A DNA stretch of 56,243 nt from Candidatus Omnitrophota bacterium. Its GTDB lineage: Bacteria > Omnitrophota > Gorgyraeia > Zapsychrales > JANLHA01. How positions within the stretch are numbered: position 1 is the stretch's first letter; each line of letters opens with the position of its first letter. Positions 35,350 to 46,400 of this stretch are shown piece by piece. A model generated the notes under the pieces. The model ran no database searches. It was not told where the DNA came from and saw only the letters and a list, made by a program, of their open reading frames with translations. Made by a program: the position numbers and the translations under genes. The stretch covers positions 1-56,243 of the forward strand of contig JBBRHV010000008.1 of NCBI GenBank assembly GCA_038222225.1. The letters are read 5' to 3'.

Positions 35350-37455
35350 CTATTCAGCTTGTTTTTTGCTCAAGTTACAGCGCTTAAGTTTATCAACTTC
35401 TATCAACTTCAGCTTGATGCGGTCCCCAACTTTCACGACCTCATTGCAGTCCTTGATATAACCGTCAGACAGCTCAGAAATATGAACCATGCCTTCACGG
35501 CCGGGTAAAAATTCACAAAATGCGCCGAAGTTCATGATCCTCTTCACTTCCGCGTCATAAATTTTCCCGACTTCCGGCTCCTCAGCAAAACCCTGCAAAT
35601 ACTTCAGGGCTCCGCGAGCGTTTTCCATATTAATGGCCGCAACAACGACTTTACCGTCATCGTCAATATCAATCGACTCGCATTGAAAATCTTCAATCAT
35701 CTTCTTAATGACCTTGCCGCCCGGACCGATCACCGCGCCGATTTTATCGACAGGTATCTGGCATTGTAAGATCTTCGGAGCATATTCCGAAACTTCTACG
35801 CGAGGCTGCGCGAGCACTTTATCCATTTGAGATAGAATATGGTGCCGTGCCTGTTTGGCCTGTTCTAAAGCCTTCCCCAATAATTTCAAATCCACATTCT
35901 GAATTTTCAGATCCATCTGGATCGCGTTCACCCCTTGAGATGTGCCCGCTACTTTAAAATCCATATCTCCAAAATGATCTTCCAGACCCATGATATCCGT
36001 TAACAAAACGGGTTCCTTCCCCTCTTTGGTCACAAGCCCGATCGAAATACCTGCTACCGCAGCTTTCACCGGAACGCCGGCATCCATCAAAGCCAATGAA
36101 CCTGAGCAGACCGAAGCCATGCTTGAAGACCCGTTTGACTCTAAAATTTCAGAAACAATACGAATGGTATAAGGAAAGTCTTCCTTCGTCGGTAAAACTG
36201 CCTTTAAAGCCTTCGCCGCCAATGCCCCATGCCCGATATCCCGGCGGGATGGACCACGCAAAAACTTAACCTCTCCAACGCTGAAAGGAGGAAAATTATA
36301 ATGCAGCATAAAATTCTCATAAGTTGTGCCCTCCAAGGCCTCAACCAGCTGTTCATCCCTCTTGGTACCTAACGTAATAACACCCAAACTCTGTGTTTGT
36401 CCGCGGGTAAACAGGCTTGATCCATGCGTACGGGACAGGATACCTGTCTCGCAGGAAATCGCACGGACTTCTGTTAATGAACGACCATCCGCACGGCGTC
36501 CTTCTTCAAAGATCAGACGGCGAACTTCATCATACTCAATTTGATCTAAAAATTTAAGAATAGCCGATGCTTTGATGTCTTCATCGTCTGTACGTTTACA
36601 GGCATCATAAACGCTTAAATCCCCGGTCAATTCTTTGATCAATGCATCACGGGCTTTATCCCGTTCACCTTTATCGGAAATTTTATAAATGGCGGTCAGT
36701 TTTTGAGCCGAACGGCTTTTGACCTCATCCAATAACCCCTGATTGATCGAAACAATCTCAATATCAGCTTTAGGTTTTCCAAAAGAAGCTTTCATTTTTG
36801 TTTGAGCTTCTAAAATCGGAGACATCTGATCGTTCACAAAAGCCAACGCTTCAATGATTTTCTCTTCCGGAACTTCTTTAGCCTCGCCTTCAATCATGAC
36901 TAGACCATCGCCCTTAGCCACAACAATAAAATCGAGTTTGGCTGCCTCACGCTGCTTATAAGTCGGATTTAAAACAAACTGATCTTCAACCAACGCGACC
37001 CGGGCTCCGGCAATCGGACCCTGAAAAGGAATATCAGAGATTCCCAACGCTGCCGACGCTCCATTGATCGCCAAAATATCGGGATCATAATCACCATCAC
37101 TGCTTAAGACCGTGGCCACCACCTGAACTTCATTAAAAAATCCTTCTGGAAATAACGGACGAATAGGGCGGTCAATCACCCGCGATGTCAAAACTTCTTT
37201 TTGAGTCGGTCGTCCTTCGCGCTTAAAAAAACCGCCTGGAATCATCCCGGCGGAATATGTTTTTTCTTGATATTCGACCATCAGAGGAAAGAAATCAATT
37301 CCCTCACGCGGCGTTTTAGACATACAAACCGTCACCAAAACGGTTGTTCCCCCGCAAGTTACGGTCACAGCCGCATTGGCCTGCTTCGCTAACTTACCTG
37401 TTTCAAAGACAATGCTTTGATCCCCAAATGCAATCTCAATACGTTCTTCCTTCAT
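35350..37455 (-). CDS. pnp: Polyribonucleotide nucleotidyltransferase (PNPase)
   Basis: 701 aa with two RNase PH domains, a KH domain (IGAVIGPGGKVIKKM) and an S1 domain (GKIYDAEVKRIMNFGAFCEF). Confidence 0.95.
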   Translation of the reverse strand: MKEERIEIAFGDQSIVFETGKLAKQANAAVTVTCGGTTVLVTVCMSKTPREGIDFFPLMVEYQEKTYSAGMIPGGFFKREGRPTQKEVLTSRVIDRPIRPLFPEGFFNEVQVVATVLSSDGDYDPDILAINGASAALGISDIPFQGPIAGARVALVEDQFVLNPTYKQREAAKLDFIVVAKGDGLVMIEGEAKEVPEEKIIEALAFVNDQMSPILEAQTKMKASFGKPKADIEIVSINQGLLDEVKSRSAQKLTAIYKISDKGERDKARDALIKELTGDLSVYDACKRTDDEDIKASAILKFLDQIEYDEVRRLIFEEGRRADGRSLTEVRAISCETGILSRTHGSSLFTRGQTQSLGVITLGTKRDEQLVEALEGTTYENFMLHYNFPPFSVGEVKFLRGPSRRDIGHGALAAKALKAVLPTKEDFPYTIRIVSEILESNGSSSMASVCSGSLALMDAGVPVKAAVAGISIGLVTKEGKEPVLLTDIMGLEDHFGDMDFKVAGTSQGVNAIQMDLKIQNVDLKLLGKALEQAKQARHHILSQMDKVLAQPRVEVSEYAPKILQCQIPVDKIGAVIGPGGKVIKKMIEDFQCESIDIDDDGKVVVAAINMENARGALKYLQGFAEEPEVGKIYDAEVKRIMNFGAFCEFLPGREGMVHISELSDGYIKDCNEVVKVGDRIKLKLIEVDKLKRCNLSKKQAE

Positions 37456-37474
37456 AACACTCCCAACATGGTTT

Positions 37475-37744
37475 TTATTTACGTAAATTTAATTTTTGAA
37501 GAGTTTCTTCATATTTTTCAAGTTTATGCTTCTTGAGATAATCCAGAAGCCGGCGCCGCTTTCCGATCATCATCAAAAGACCTCGGCGAGAATGAAAATC
37601 TTTTTTATGGGTTTTCAAATGCTCTGCCAGCTCATCGATTTTTCCTGAAAGTATTGCAACCTGCACTTCAGGCGAGCCTGTATCTTTCGCGTGCATCTTG
37701 AAATTATCAATAATTTCTGTCTTTTTTTCTTTAACTAATACCAA
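37475..37744 (-). CDS. rpsO: 30S ribosomal protein S15
   Basis: [16 protein letters not shown]...[30 protein letters not shown] prefer the TTG at 37742-37744 (6 nt after GGAGG, giving 89 aa) over the track start at 37750. Confidence 0.9.
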   Translation of the reverse strand: MVLVKEKKTEIIDNFKMHAKDTGSPEVQVAILSGKIDELAEHLKTHKKDFHSRRGLLMMIGKRRRLLDYLKKHKLEKYEETLQKLNLRK

Positions 37745-37799
37745 TTTCAACCTCCATCGTATATTAAAATTATATTATAATTATCTGAAAAGTTTGGGT

Positions 37800-37828
37800 A
37801 TTATACTATCCAACCCCCATTAAGTCAA
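37800..37828 (-). promoter_or_regulatory. Sigma-70-type promoter for rpsO-pnp
   Basis: The minus strand reads TTGACT (37828-37823), an exact 17-nt spacer, then TATAAT (37805-37800). It lies about 55 nt upstream of the rpsO start. Confidence 0.6.
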
Positions 37829-37961
37829 GCGGAAAAGGGACATGCAAAATCGAGTTTTATGCTTTAAAAAAATACACCACTTATAAACATAACAATCTCA
37901 ACATATTACACTTCTAAACTTCGCCAGAAAACAGCTGCCCTGCCAGACATTTGCCCGTTTT

Positions 37962-38321
37962 TCACTTATTGGGCTTTTTGGAAGACTTTACGCCCTTTGA
38001 TTTCTCACCCGCCGTTTTCAGTTTGCGTCTTATTGCGCGCTCTTCTTTCTCAAATCGATCCAATTCCGCTAAAAGCTTTTTCATCTGTTCAGTCTGTTTG
38101 CCGGTTTTCTGAGATTTCACATAAATCTTGCCAATCTGAACAAATAACCGGTCCTTCTTCAAACTCAGCGTGGTTGAATCAATATGCAGCTTTCCCTGCT
38201 TTGAAAACGCCGCCAACTGCTCCTCGCCCTTTTTAGCCAAAACAATAGCTTCCTTGCTCATCAGAATCAGCTTATCCTTAATTTTCGGCCACTCTTTTTT
38301 AAAATCATATTGATCTGTCAT
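37962..38321 (-). CDS. Hypothetical Lys-rich coiled-coil protein
   Basis: 119 aa ORF with a charged helical composition and a basic tail (KSKGVKSSKKPNK). I recognised no motif. Confidence 0.45.
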   Translation of the reverse strand: MTDQYDFKKEWPKIKDKLILMSKEAIVLAKKGEEQLAAFSKQGKLHIDSTTLSLKKDRLFVQIGKIYVKSQKTGKQTEQMKKLLAELDRFEKEERAIRRKLKTAGEKSKGVKSSKKPNK

Positions 38322-38429
38322 CAGTCACCCCCCTTTTAAGGAAATTATTATATCGAAAAATACCTGTTATCGCCAACTTAAATTTGAAGCCCATCTTGCA
38401 AAAGAAAAAAAATATAGTAAACTAAAAGC

Positions 38430-38690
38430 ATGAAACCACTTGCCATTCTTTGTGTCATTCTTGCGGTTTTAGTCGTTGGGTTCTATAGCTATATTAACCT
38501 TATCGGCAAAACCATGAACACTCCTGACGCCGAAAGCGAACTTCCGGAAATCGAACAAATGATGAGTGCCCAGCGCACACATATGGAAGAAGTTCAGCGA
38601 GACCAAAAGAAAATGCTTGAAGAAAATCGGCGCGCCATGGACGAACAACGGAGGCAAATGCAGGATTTGCGCCGCCAACAAGGACATTAA
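38430..38690 (+). CDS. Hypothetical small membrane-anchored protein
   Basis: 86 aa with an N-terminal TM (LAILCVILAVLVVGFYSYI) and a charged helical tail. A strong terminator follows it. Confidence 0.45.
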   Translation: MKPLAILCVILAVLVVGFYSYINLIGKTMNTPDAESELPEIEQMMSAQRTHMEEVQRDQKKMLEENRRAMDEQRRQMQDLRRQQGH

Positions 38691-38708
38691 TCATCTTTTC
38701 CTATATTC

Positions 38709-38741
38709 AAAAACCCTCTTCTAAAAACGAAGAGGGTTTTT
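38709..38741. terminator. Bidirectional intrinsic terminator
   Basis: AAAACCCTCTTC-TAAAAAC-GAAGAGGGTTTT is a 12-bp stem flanked by A- and T-tracts. It lies between convergent genes ending at 38690 (+) and 38773 (-). Confidence 0.8.
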
Positions 38742-38772
38742 GCTCTCCCGAAACATCTGCACAGCACACACG

Positions 38773-41700
38773 TCACAACACAAGCGCTTCTTCTTTTTCA
38801 AAACCCATTTGACTCAACTCATGTGTTGCCCCTTGTTCTGACCCGTCTTCCCTTAACCCGAGCAAAAAAGGCAGCGTCTGAACCGGCACCGTATTAATAA
38901 TAATTGGAACAAATCCTTCAATATTCATGTTTTCAATCGGCTGTTGAGGAAGCGGAAGCGGTATGCCGTTGCCATCACGCTTGATCTGCAAATCCAGAAA
39001 TGCCGGGTTCAGGTCAATACCACCCACTTTTTCACCTTCCCGTCGTCCAGTATCCGGCTGAAGCACGGAAGAATTGACAGCCGAACTTCCACTGGCAAAC
39101 TGAAAAAACAAAGCATTAAAATCTTCCATCCTTCCCGCCCGAACAAGTTCAACTGCCCGCGGCATGAAAACGCCGAGCTCATCCACCGATACGGTTCGAA
39201 TGGTGTCTACGCCCATGTTCAGCGATGAAAAAAGAAACTCCACACCCTGACCGTCTTGACTTTTTGCAACAGGAAAAATCCCGGCGTCCGGCTGCAGCAA
39301 ACCTGAAGGACGAACAGCAAAATCAATAGGACCATAAGAAACTCCAGCTTGAAAAACCTCCTCGATATTCACACGGTCAGTCGGAGTCATAAGCGTAGCT
39401 GGGTTTGTCGCCATCTCATGGTTCTGCGCTAAATCCTTCCATACCACACTTAATTCTTGCCGCGCCGCATTAACTTCATCCCATAACGGACGACCTCTAT
39501 CACGCGAAACCGCATCCAAAGAACGCAACCCCCTCTCGCGCGAAACAACCGCCTGTAAAGCCGTTGCATCCGCTTTAATATTACGCCGTATTCTTTCAGG
39601 GTACCGCAACTCCCGCTCAAAATCACCGCCTTCCTTCAATCGTTCAGCAAGAACCGGGATGTCCTCTTCCGGAATAGCATTAGCAGCCGCCACCCACCCT
39701 GCAACAACGATCGCCTGCGCATCTTCAAAAGTGCCTCCTCCGGCCTCCTGAACCATATTGATGGCGTCAACCATTGACCCCGTGCCCTGCAAAAAGCTCC
39801 TGACCCCTGTAGATTTTTCGTTAAGATTATATCGCTCGCTGACACGACCGACAACCCGCTCAATGCGAGACGGAAAAAAACTCGCCGGAACCTGGCCCAC
39901 TTCATATCCAGCGGCACCCGTTCCATTAATCAGGGACGTAAAAAACCTGGCATATTCGCGCACCATCTTATGCACATTCACATTTGCGTGCGAAGAACGA
40001 AAAGACGAAAGCATTCCATCCAGCATCCGATTATCCCGGCCCTCCCTATAGTCATTATATTCGACAACAGCTTCTTCCATATACTGAGCCAATTGACGGC
40101 TGCCTTCTCTATGCCACTCATCGATCATCTGTTGATTCCGATTTTCAAACCCCCACATAATGTCTGCCAACTTTCGATCTTTAAACACGTAAATGAGCCA
40201 ACCGTTCACTTTATGTATCATCCATGCCAATACCCCACCGCTGGCTGTGGCGATCACCTTATGCCCATTGAACCCCGCCCTCTCATCACTGGTACCAGAA
40301 GCCTCACGTGTCGGACGCGGTAAAACAAGCCAAAAATCACTGGCACTCACCGCCAGCCGCATGATATCTACACCTGTCTCTGGAACAAACACCAGCTTGC
40401 CTCCCAATTCCGGATCGTTCTGAAGCTTTTCAAATTCTGCAGACCAATACTTTCCCGCATCATCACGCCCGGGTCCGCCGAGTAACACATTAGCTCCCAA
40501 ACCTTTCTTTCGTCCTAACGGCGTCTCATACTCCTTCTCCGGATCCCCAGTGATCCACCGCAGCATAGGCAACAGCATGCCCTGTTCTTTATATTCGACT
40601 AACCGTCGCAAAGCGCCGAACATCGGACGGTTCAAATCCGAAAATGTATTGTACGGTTTGCCATTTATTTGTTGCTCCAACAACCAGCTTTGAAGCTCTT
40701 GTTTGGCAGATTGGCCCGCGTCAAAAAGATCTTTCCCTGTAATTTTATCAAGACCTTTTTCCGTCACAAGCTTAGCCAACTTGCTCCCATACCACCAATC
40801 CGGAAAAGATCCGTTCTGAATACCTGAAGTCTTCCAACCATACGCCGGAAGAACAACCTCCTGAGTTACCTTTCGATGCTCATCCGAAACAGCTGTCACC
40901 CCATCAGCCCTTTGCGCAGCAACATTGGCGGCATCGATAATACGTCGACCATCAGGAGTCGTTGAAATCATATCATCACGCACAAGATCCGATCCCAGAA
41001 GCCCTCTTAAATAATCAGCATCATCAACCGGCAACGCCGCTTTTTCTGGAGTATGCGTAATAAAATGAAACTTCGTATTGGCATGTACACTTTGTTCGCC
41101 TGTTCCCAACCCCTGATAAAACCTCGCATCATTTTCGGCAGCAACCGCCACATACAATGTTTGCGCCTCATTTAAAACCGCCACATCAGGCCGTAAACGA
41201 ATATTTTTCATGAGCTCCGCATAAGCCCTGCCAAAAAAGCCATATTGTTTTTTTTGCAGGTCTCCATCCGGATACAAACGCTCAAAAATTTCTGCGTTAT
41301 AAAGCATAAAAACCGGTGTGCCGTTGGCATTGATCCAATACACCTCCACGCTGTAACGCCTGCCGTTGAAATCTACCGGAATCGTCAATTTTTCATCCCG
41401 GCCTTCGGCGTTTTTAACCATGACCCGCTGAATTCCTTTTTCGTTTTCCCAATCAATTTTTTCTCTGACCGCTCCTTCCTGAAAATAGGCATACAGCGGC
41501 ATGACCCCCATCGCGGCAAACCCGTCCTGCCAGACATCTCGATAAGCATAATAAGTCTCGCCTTTTAAATAACCTAAACCGCCCTTTCCCGCGGATCCCT
41601 GCGCCAACGGCGAGAGGCCCGGAAAAAAAGCTTCCAGGGTTTCATCGGTAACCAGCTGTTTTTGAGTCAAACTGGCATATTGAAAAAACTGCTCAAGCGC

Positions 41701-43308
41701 CGGGTCAGAAAAACGTGCAGAACCTTGATACTGAGCTCCTCCAATCATTTGAGCAGCCTCCGGATGCTGCTCAAAAAAGGCCTGCATCCTTTGATCATCC
41801 GGCTGCATCGTTAATCCGGCATAACGCCAGATCTCCCGAAGCTCCTGCTCCTGAGCGTTAACCTCACGCCTAGCGGCATTGATCGCCTCGTTTTCCTTCG
41901 TTCGCGCCTCTATATCAATAGCCGCAGCATTCTCTTTCTCCCGACGGGCCAAACTCGCCTTTTGATCCCTGATCTGATCATAGATCTTGGAATTAAGAAC
42001 CACTTCCAAGGCTTGATTTCGATCATGCAACAGCACCGCGCCATTGGTCTGTTCCTCAGCCTGGCCTTGTCCGACTTTTGTTTCCACATTTAAAGCAGTG
42101 ACCCACTGCTGGCTTGATGCTCCCCTCGGAGTCGCGGCAGCCAATCCTTGTCGGATCAAGCGGCCCTGATCGGCCGGCAGCTCGTTTAAATCTCCCTTGA
42201 GCCGTGAACCAGTGACACCCGTTTCTAATTGGGCCGCATCAAACCCGCCGGAAAAATATCTGCGGGGGATCACGCTCTGAGTCAACGGATCATAATCTTC
42301 CTTAATATAGTTATAGACGCCGTCTTGAAATGCCGATAAATACGCACCATAGATCTGTTCCTTGATGGATGCATCGGCCACATCCACGCCCTTGACCTTG
42401 TTCTGGTCCACATAGACTTTCCCCAAGAGGCTTTCTTTCAAATTCAACTTAAACCACGTTGCCAAAATCATCGAATTATAGATCTGCCTCAGCTGGCTAA
42501 AATTCTCGCCCTCATTAACCTCTTTTTCGATCTCCGGGATCAAAACCTCACGAATGATCTGCTCAGATACCTCGCTAATCTGATCGATCTGGCTTTGCTC
42601 AAGTCGATGCAGATCAAAATCTGCATTATGAAGATTCTCCTTTAAGGCAACATAGTCCTTCTCCAGCATAACCTTGAGGCTGCTTTTGACAACATAAGCC
42701 GCCCCATCGTATTCCCAGACAACCGCGTCTTTGGGAATAATCCAAATCTTATTAAAGGAATCCATCGGAATATTGGTTGTACCGAATTCCTCTTGAGCGC
42801 GCTTAAAGACCCGATCCCAAAAAGTCTTTCCAAGATCTTTTTCCGGATACATCAGGCTCGCGGTCAGCTGTTTTAAAATATAATCCTGGGCAAGCAGATC
42901 CATGCCCATTTCAGTGGAACCGAAACCGGTAGGAATGATTCGGTCTTTCTCATACGGCGAAAGGTTCACCCACATGTCCTTCTCAGGGACAGTCAAGGCA
43001 GCTAAGAAATAACGGATCAAACGCAGCGATTCCTGATTGAAATCCTCACCCTGAAGATGAGAATCCCCGCTATCAACTAAAAAGGAAAACTGTAACGGAT
43101 TAACCGGATCAGGACGAATACCTTTAATGAGTGTGGGAACATATCCGGGGCTTGCGACAACTAGGGCCCCGGGAAGAGACAACGAGGGTAAAACTTGTGC
43201 CGATACTAGAGGGGGACAGATAAGGGTAAAACAAAATGTGAGTGCCGTGAGAAAACTGATAGTGCGTTTTAAAAAACCGGTTCGGCCGTTGCTGCACATC
43301 TGGAGCAT
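38773..43308 (-). CDS. Giant signal-peptide protein with a divergent GT35 (alpha-glucan phosphorylase)-like core
   Basis: About 1,511 aa from the ATG at 43306-43308, which lies 7 nt after GGGGA. The track ORF extends to a TTG at 43329. It has a signal peptide (...LICPPLVSAQ). Residue numbers below follow the track ORF numbering. It shares an N-terminal module with the next gene, has a coiled coil, a core from about aa 565 to 1135 (GGLGYLKG, VLNEAQ, FITHTPEKAALP, RRLVEYKE, PTREASGTSDERAGFNG), and a shared C-terminal module. Confidence 0.75.
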   Translation of the reverse strand: MLQMCSNGRTGFLKRTISFLTALTFCFTLICPPLVSAQVLPSLSLPGALVVASPGYVPTLIKGIRPDPVNPLQFSFLVDSGDSHLQGEDFNQESLRLIRYFLAALTVPEKDMWVNLSPYEKDRIIPTGFGSTEMGMDLLAQDYILKQLTASLMYPEKDLGKTFWDRVFKRAQEEFGTTNIPMDSFNKIWIIPKDAVVWEYDGAAYVVKSSLKVMLEKDYVALKENLHNADFDLHRLEQSQIDQISEVSEQIIREVLIPEIEKEVNEGENFSQLRQIYNSMILATWFKLNLKESLLGKVYVDQNKVKGVDVADASIKEQIYGAYLSAFQDGVYNYIKEDYDPLTQSVIPRRYFSGGFDAAQLETGVTGSRLKGDLNELPADQGRLIRQGLAAATPRGASSQQWVTALNVETKVGQGQAEEQTNGAVLLHDRNQALEVVLNSKIYDQIRDQKASLARREKENAAAIDIEARTKENEAINAARREVNAQEQELREIWRYAGLTMQPDDQRMQAFFEQHPEAAQMIGGAQYQGSARFSDPALEQFFQYASLTQKQLVTDETLEAFFPGLSPLAQGSAGKGGLGYLKGETYYAYRDVWQDGFAAMGVMPLYAYFQEGAVREKIDWENEKGIQRVMVKNAEGRDEKLTIPVDFNGRRYSVEVYWINANGTPVFMLYNAEIFERLYPDGDLQKKQYGFFGRAYAELMKNIRLRPDVAVLNEAQTLYVAVAAENDARFYQGLGTGEQSVHANTKFHFITHTPEKAALPVDDADYLRGLLGSDLVRDDMISTTPDGRRIIDAANVAAQRADGVTAVSDEHRKVTQEVVLPAYGWKTSGIQNGSFPDWWYGSKLAKLVTEKGLDKITGKDLFDAGQSAKQELQSWLLEQQINGKPYNTFSDLNRPMFGALRRLVEYKEQGMLLPMLRWITGDPEKEYETPLGRKKGLGANVLLGGPGRDDAGKYWSAEFEKLQNDPELGGKLVFVPETGVDIMRLAVSASDFWLVLPRPTREASGTSDERAGFNGHKVIATASGGVLAWMIHKVNGWLIYVFKDRKLADIMWGFENRNQQMIDEWHREGSRQLAQYMEEAVVEYNDYREGRDNRMLDGMLSSFRSSHANVNVHKMVREYARFFTSLINGTGAAGYEVGQVPASFFPSRIERVVGRVSERYNLNEKSTGVRSFLQGTGSMVDAINMVQEAGGGTFEDAQAIVVAGWVAAANAIPEEDIPVLAERLKEGGDFERELRYPERIRRNIKADATALQAVVSRERGLRSLDAVSRDRGRPLWDEVNAARQELSVVWKDLAQNHEMATNPATLMTPTDRVNIEEVFQAGVSYGPIDFAVRPSGLLQPDAGIFPVAKSQDGQGVEFLFSSLNMGVDTIRTVSVDELGVFMPRAVELVRAGRMEDFNALFFQFASGSSAVNSSVLQPDTGRREGEKVGGIDLNPAFLDLQIKRDGNGIPLPLPQQPIENMNIEGFVPIIINTVPVQTLPFLLGLREDGSEQGATHELSQMGFEKEEALVL

Positions 43309-43453
43309 AGACATATCCCCTTTGATCAAAATTTTTCACGATGAAAGTTAGGTTAGCTGCATAAAACCACTTCTTCTTTCTTGCGCCGCCGCCTTTATCA
43401 AAAACTGCGCTGTTGGGCTCAATTCCATCCTGGCCCCAACTACAACTTCACTC

Positions 43454-46400
43454 TCAATTCAGCAAAAACGAAAGGTCTCCTCTGCTGTCATCAAGCCGCT
43501 CGTCTTTCTGAAAAAACGGCTGAAGGCGGCTGATATCCCGCCCGCCATTATTTCTATCCGTTTGTCCTTCTTTCTGCGGAAAGTCGGCTACTCCTAAAAT
43601 AAATGGCAAATTCCGTACCGGCGTCATGTCTATAATCACCGGATAGAACCCATCGATCTTGATTGTATCCAGCGGCTGCTGAGGCAGCGGAAGCGGAATG
43701 CCGTTCCCGTCTCTCTCAATAGTCAAATTCAAAAACGCCGGATTAAAATCGATACCACCCTTTTTCCACTGGGTCCGTTCTGCCATTTGACCCGGAGATA
43801 AAACAGCTGCATTTGTTTCCGCCCCGGGAGCATCCCCAACAAACTTTTCCCATTTGGCGACAAACTGCACAGCTTCAATCAAATCCGTCACTGTTTTGAA
43901 ATCACAAATATCTTCATCCAGGCGAATCCGGAACGGCACAACCTGATTTCCCTCCATGAGTCCTGTGATATCGCCAGTCACAAGTTCAACATACAACCGG
44001 CCGTCTTTTGCCCTCAAATAATAGGGAAGGCTCAACCCTTCCAATGTCTGCTTAAGCGCTCGAATACCATAGATATTTCGAAACGCATTATAAGGCGTCT
44101 GCTGTTTTCCGATCTCCGTCGTATATTTCACCCAAGACGGCGTACTCATGGATATAGTCTCACCTAAAAACCTCTTCCCTGTTTTAGTATCGCGGAAAAA
44201 ACTTCCTCCCTTTTGCCCCTTGAGATTCCTGACAAGTTCAATGGCAACACCAACACCCTTATCCATCTGCTCAAGAAAATAAGCGATCCGATCGATACTT
44301 CCCACATCTTCGGTCCACAAACTCACATCATTAATTCTCTGGGCTCTCAGAACCTCAGCCCCGCGCGCCTCAAGAATCGACAAAAGGCCTCCTTCTAAAT
44401 TCTGCCGCGCCCCCTGGGCATCCAATTGAAAAACCGTACCGGGTTGATTCATTTGGCGAAGAATATATCCATGCCCTGGCGGAAGCTGATCGCTTCCTCT
44501 ATTCATATGCAAATTCTTCCACTCCGATAGGTCAAATCCACTCACAACTGGAACAGACACGAAATATACATTTTTTCTATTAAAGCCATAAAAATCATTC
44601 CTATCAAGGTCCTCTAGGACCTCTGGCAAAAGACTGCTGTCATTGATGCGAATAACGATGGGAGCCTGATCCAATACGGCCTTAACTTTGTGGCCCTTAT
44701 CCCGCGCTAAATTTTCCAAAAATTTCCGGTATGCAATCAATTGTCGTGGCCCCATGCCATACTGTGAATCGCTCAACCCGGCCTCATCAAATTCCTTCCT
44801 CAACGCATCCAGAAAAGCATCTCTGGCCTGCGCATCAAGCACATCATCTTTAGTAAATGCGGCATCAATATTCTTCCTAAGACTTGCTTTTCGCTCAGGG
44901 GTCAAATTACTCTCGCGCCCAATGGCTTCAAGAACCACTTGTTTGATATCTACGCTATACATAGAGCCAAGCCCTAACCGAGTGGCCGCTCCGGCAAAAA
45001 TAAAATCCGGGACAATTTGCCCATCCAAATATTTCTGCGCAGCTTCTTCTCTTCGCGATGCAAGCCTCTTCTCGTCCAATTCAGAGAGCACTTCCCCCGG
45101 CTCAGCTACCAAGTCTGCGATATTGACCAATTCACCATTAACGCGCAATGCATTAACCTCGTTGATCAAGGCCGCCAACGGCTTTTCCCCTGCTTTTCCG
45201 GCCTTTAAATACTGCAAGACCTTGCTCCTTTGATCCGACGGAAAGCGCTGAAGTAATACCTGTAGCGCCCCTGAAATCTCAGACTCTACCGTTGATAATA
45301 CTGCTGAATTGACACTTGTTGCTCTTGCTTCAAATGCGCCCGAAATAAATCCTTCATATCTTTGAATATAATCAAGTGCTTGCGGAAGATCCTGCGGTGC
45401 TTTCATATCTTTAATTTCTTCCTTCGCATCCAACTGAAATGCCACAACACGTTCAGGATTCAGCTGAGTGACATCTCCAGTGATGGTTTCGGTATAAAAA
45501 TGGAACTGACCATCTTTACCCCTTTTATAACGCAAATACCGTCTCAAAGAAAACTCTCCGTTTAATATCTGTTCCAGGCCGGCAACAGTATAAAAATTCC
45601 GAAAAGCGTTATAATCCCAATTTTCCCGGCCGGTTCTCTGATAAAGATCCGCATAACCATCGGACATCATGGCAGCTGTTTCAATTAAAAATAATCTCTG
45701 CGGCTGCGACTGGGTAGTAACATAGGTTCCGCCCTTTTGCTCTGTTGTATTCGTAACGAGTTCAACTCCAATCCCAACATTCCCCTGTTCAACCATGCCC
45801 AAAAAATAAGCTAATCGTTCGACGCTTCCAACATCTTCTGTCCACATGGTTAAATCATTAACTCTCTGAGTACGGACAGTTTCAACCCCCTCGCTCTTTA
45901 AGATCTGAAGTAATGATCGACCCTTTAATAAGGAAGGCATTCCTGTTTCATCAATGATATACACCTGGTCATTCAATTTAAACTGCTCAATGGTAAACCC
46001 ATGACCGGGAGGAAGCAGCTGGCTTGCGGAATCAAGCTGTAATGTTCCATCTTTTTGAAGAGAGGCCCCATGAACAACCGGAACATTCAAAATAAAAACA
46101 TTTTCTCTCTTAAACCCATAATAATTGTTAGCCTCCAGATCAGCAATTCCGAGCACGAAATTTTCATTATTAAAGTGTACGATGATCTTTGTCTTTGCGA
46201 TGACCTCCTCAAGATTCCTCCCCTGCTCAGCCGCAAGTTTCTCCAAAGAAGCACGGTAGGCAAGCAACTGACGTGGGCCCATCGGAATATCCCGCCGGGT
46301 TTCATCTAAAATAAAACCTCTTTGCGCCTCAAGCGCAGCGATCAAAGCTGCCTGCTTGGCAGGAGCCATCTCATCAAAATTTTTGCGGAGACGCTGCCTT

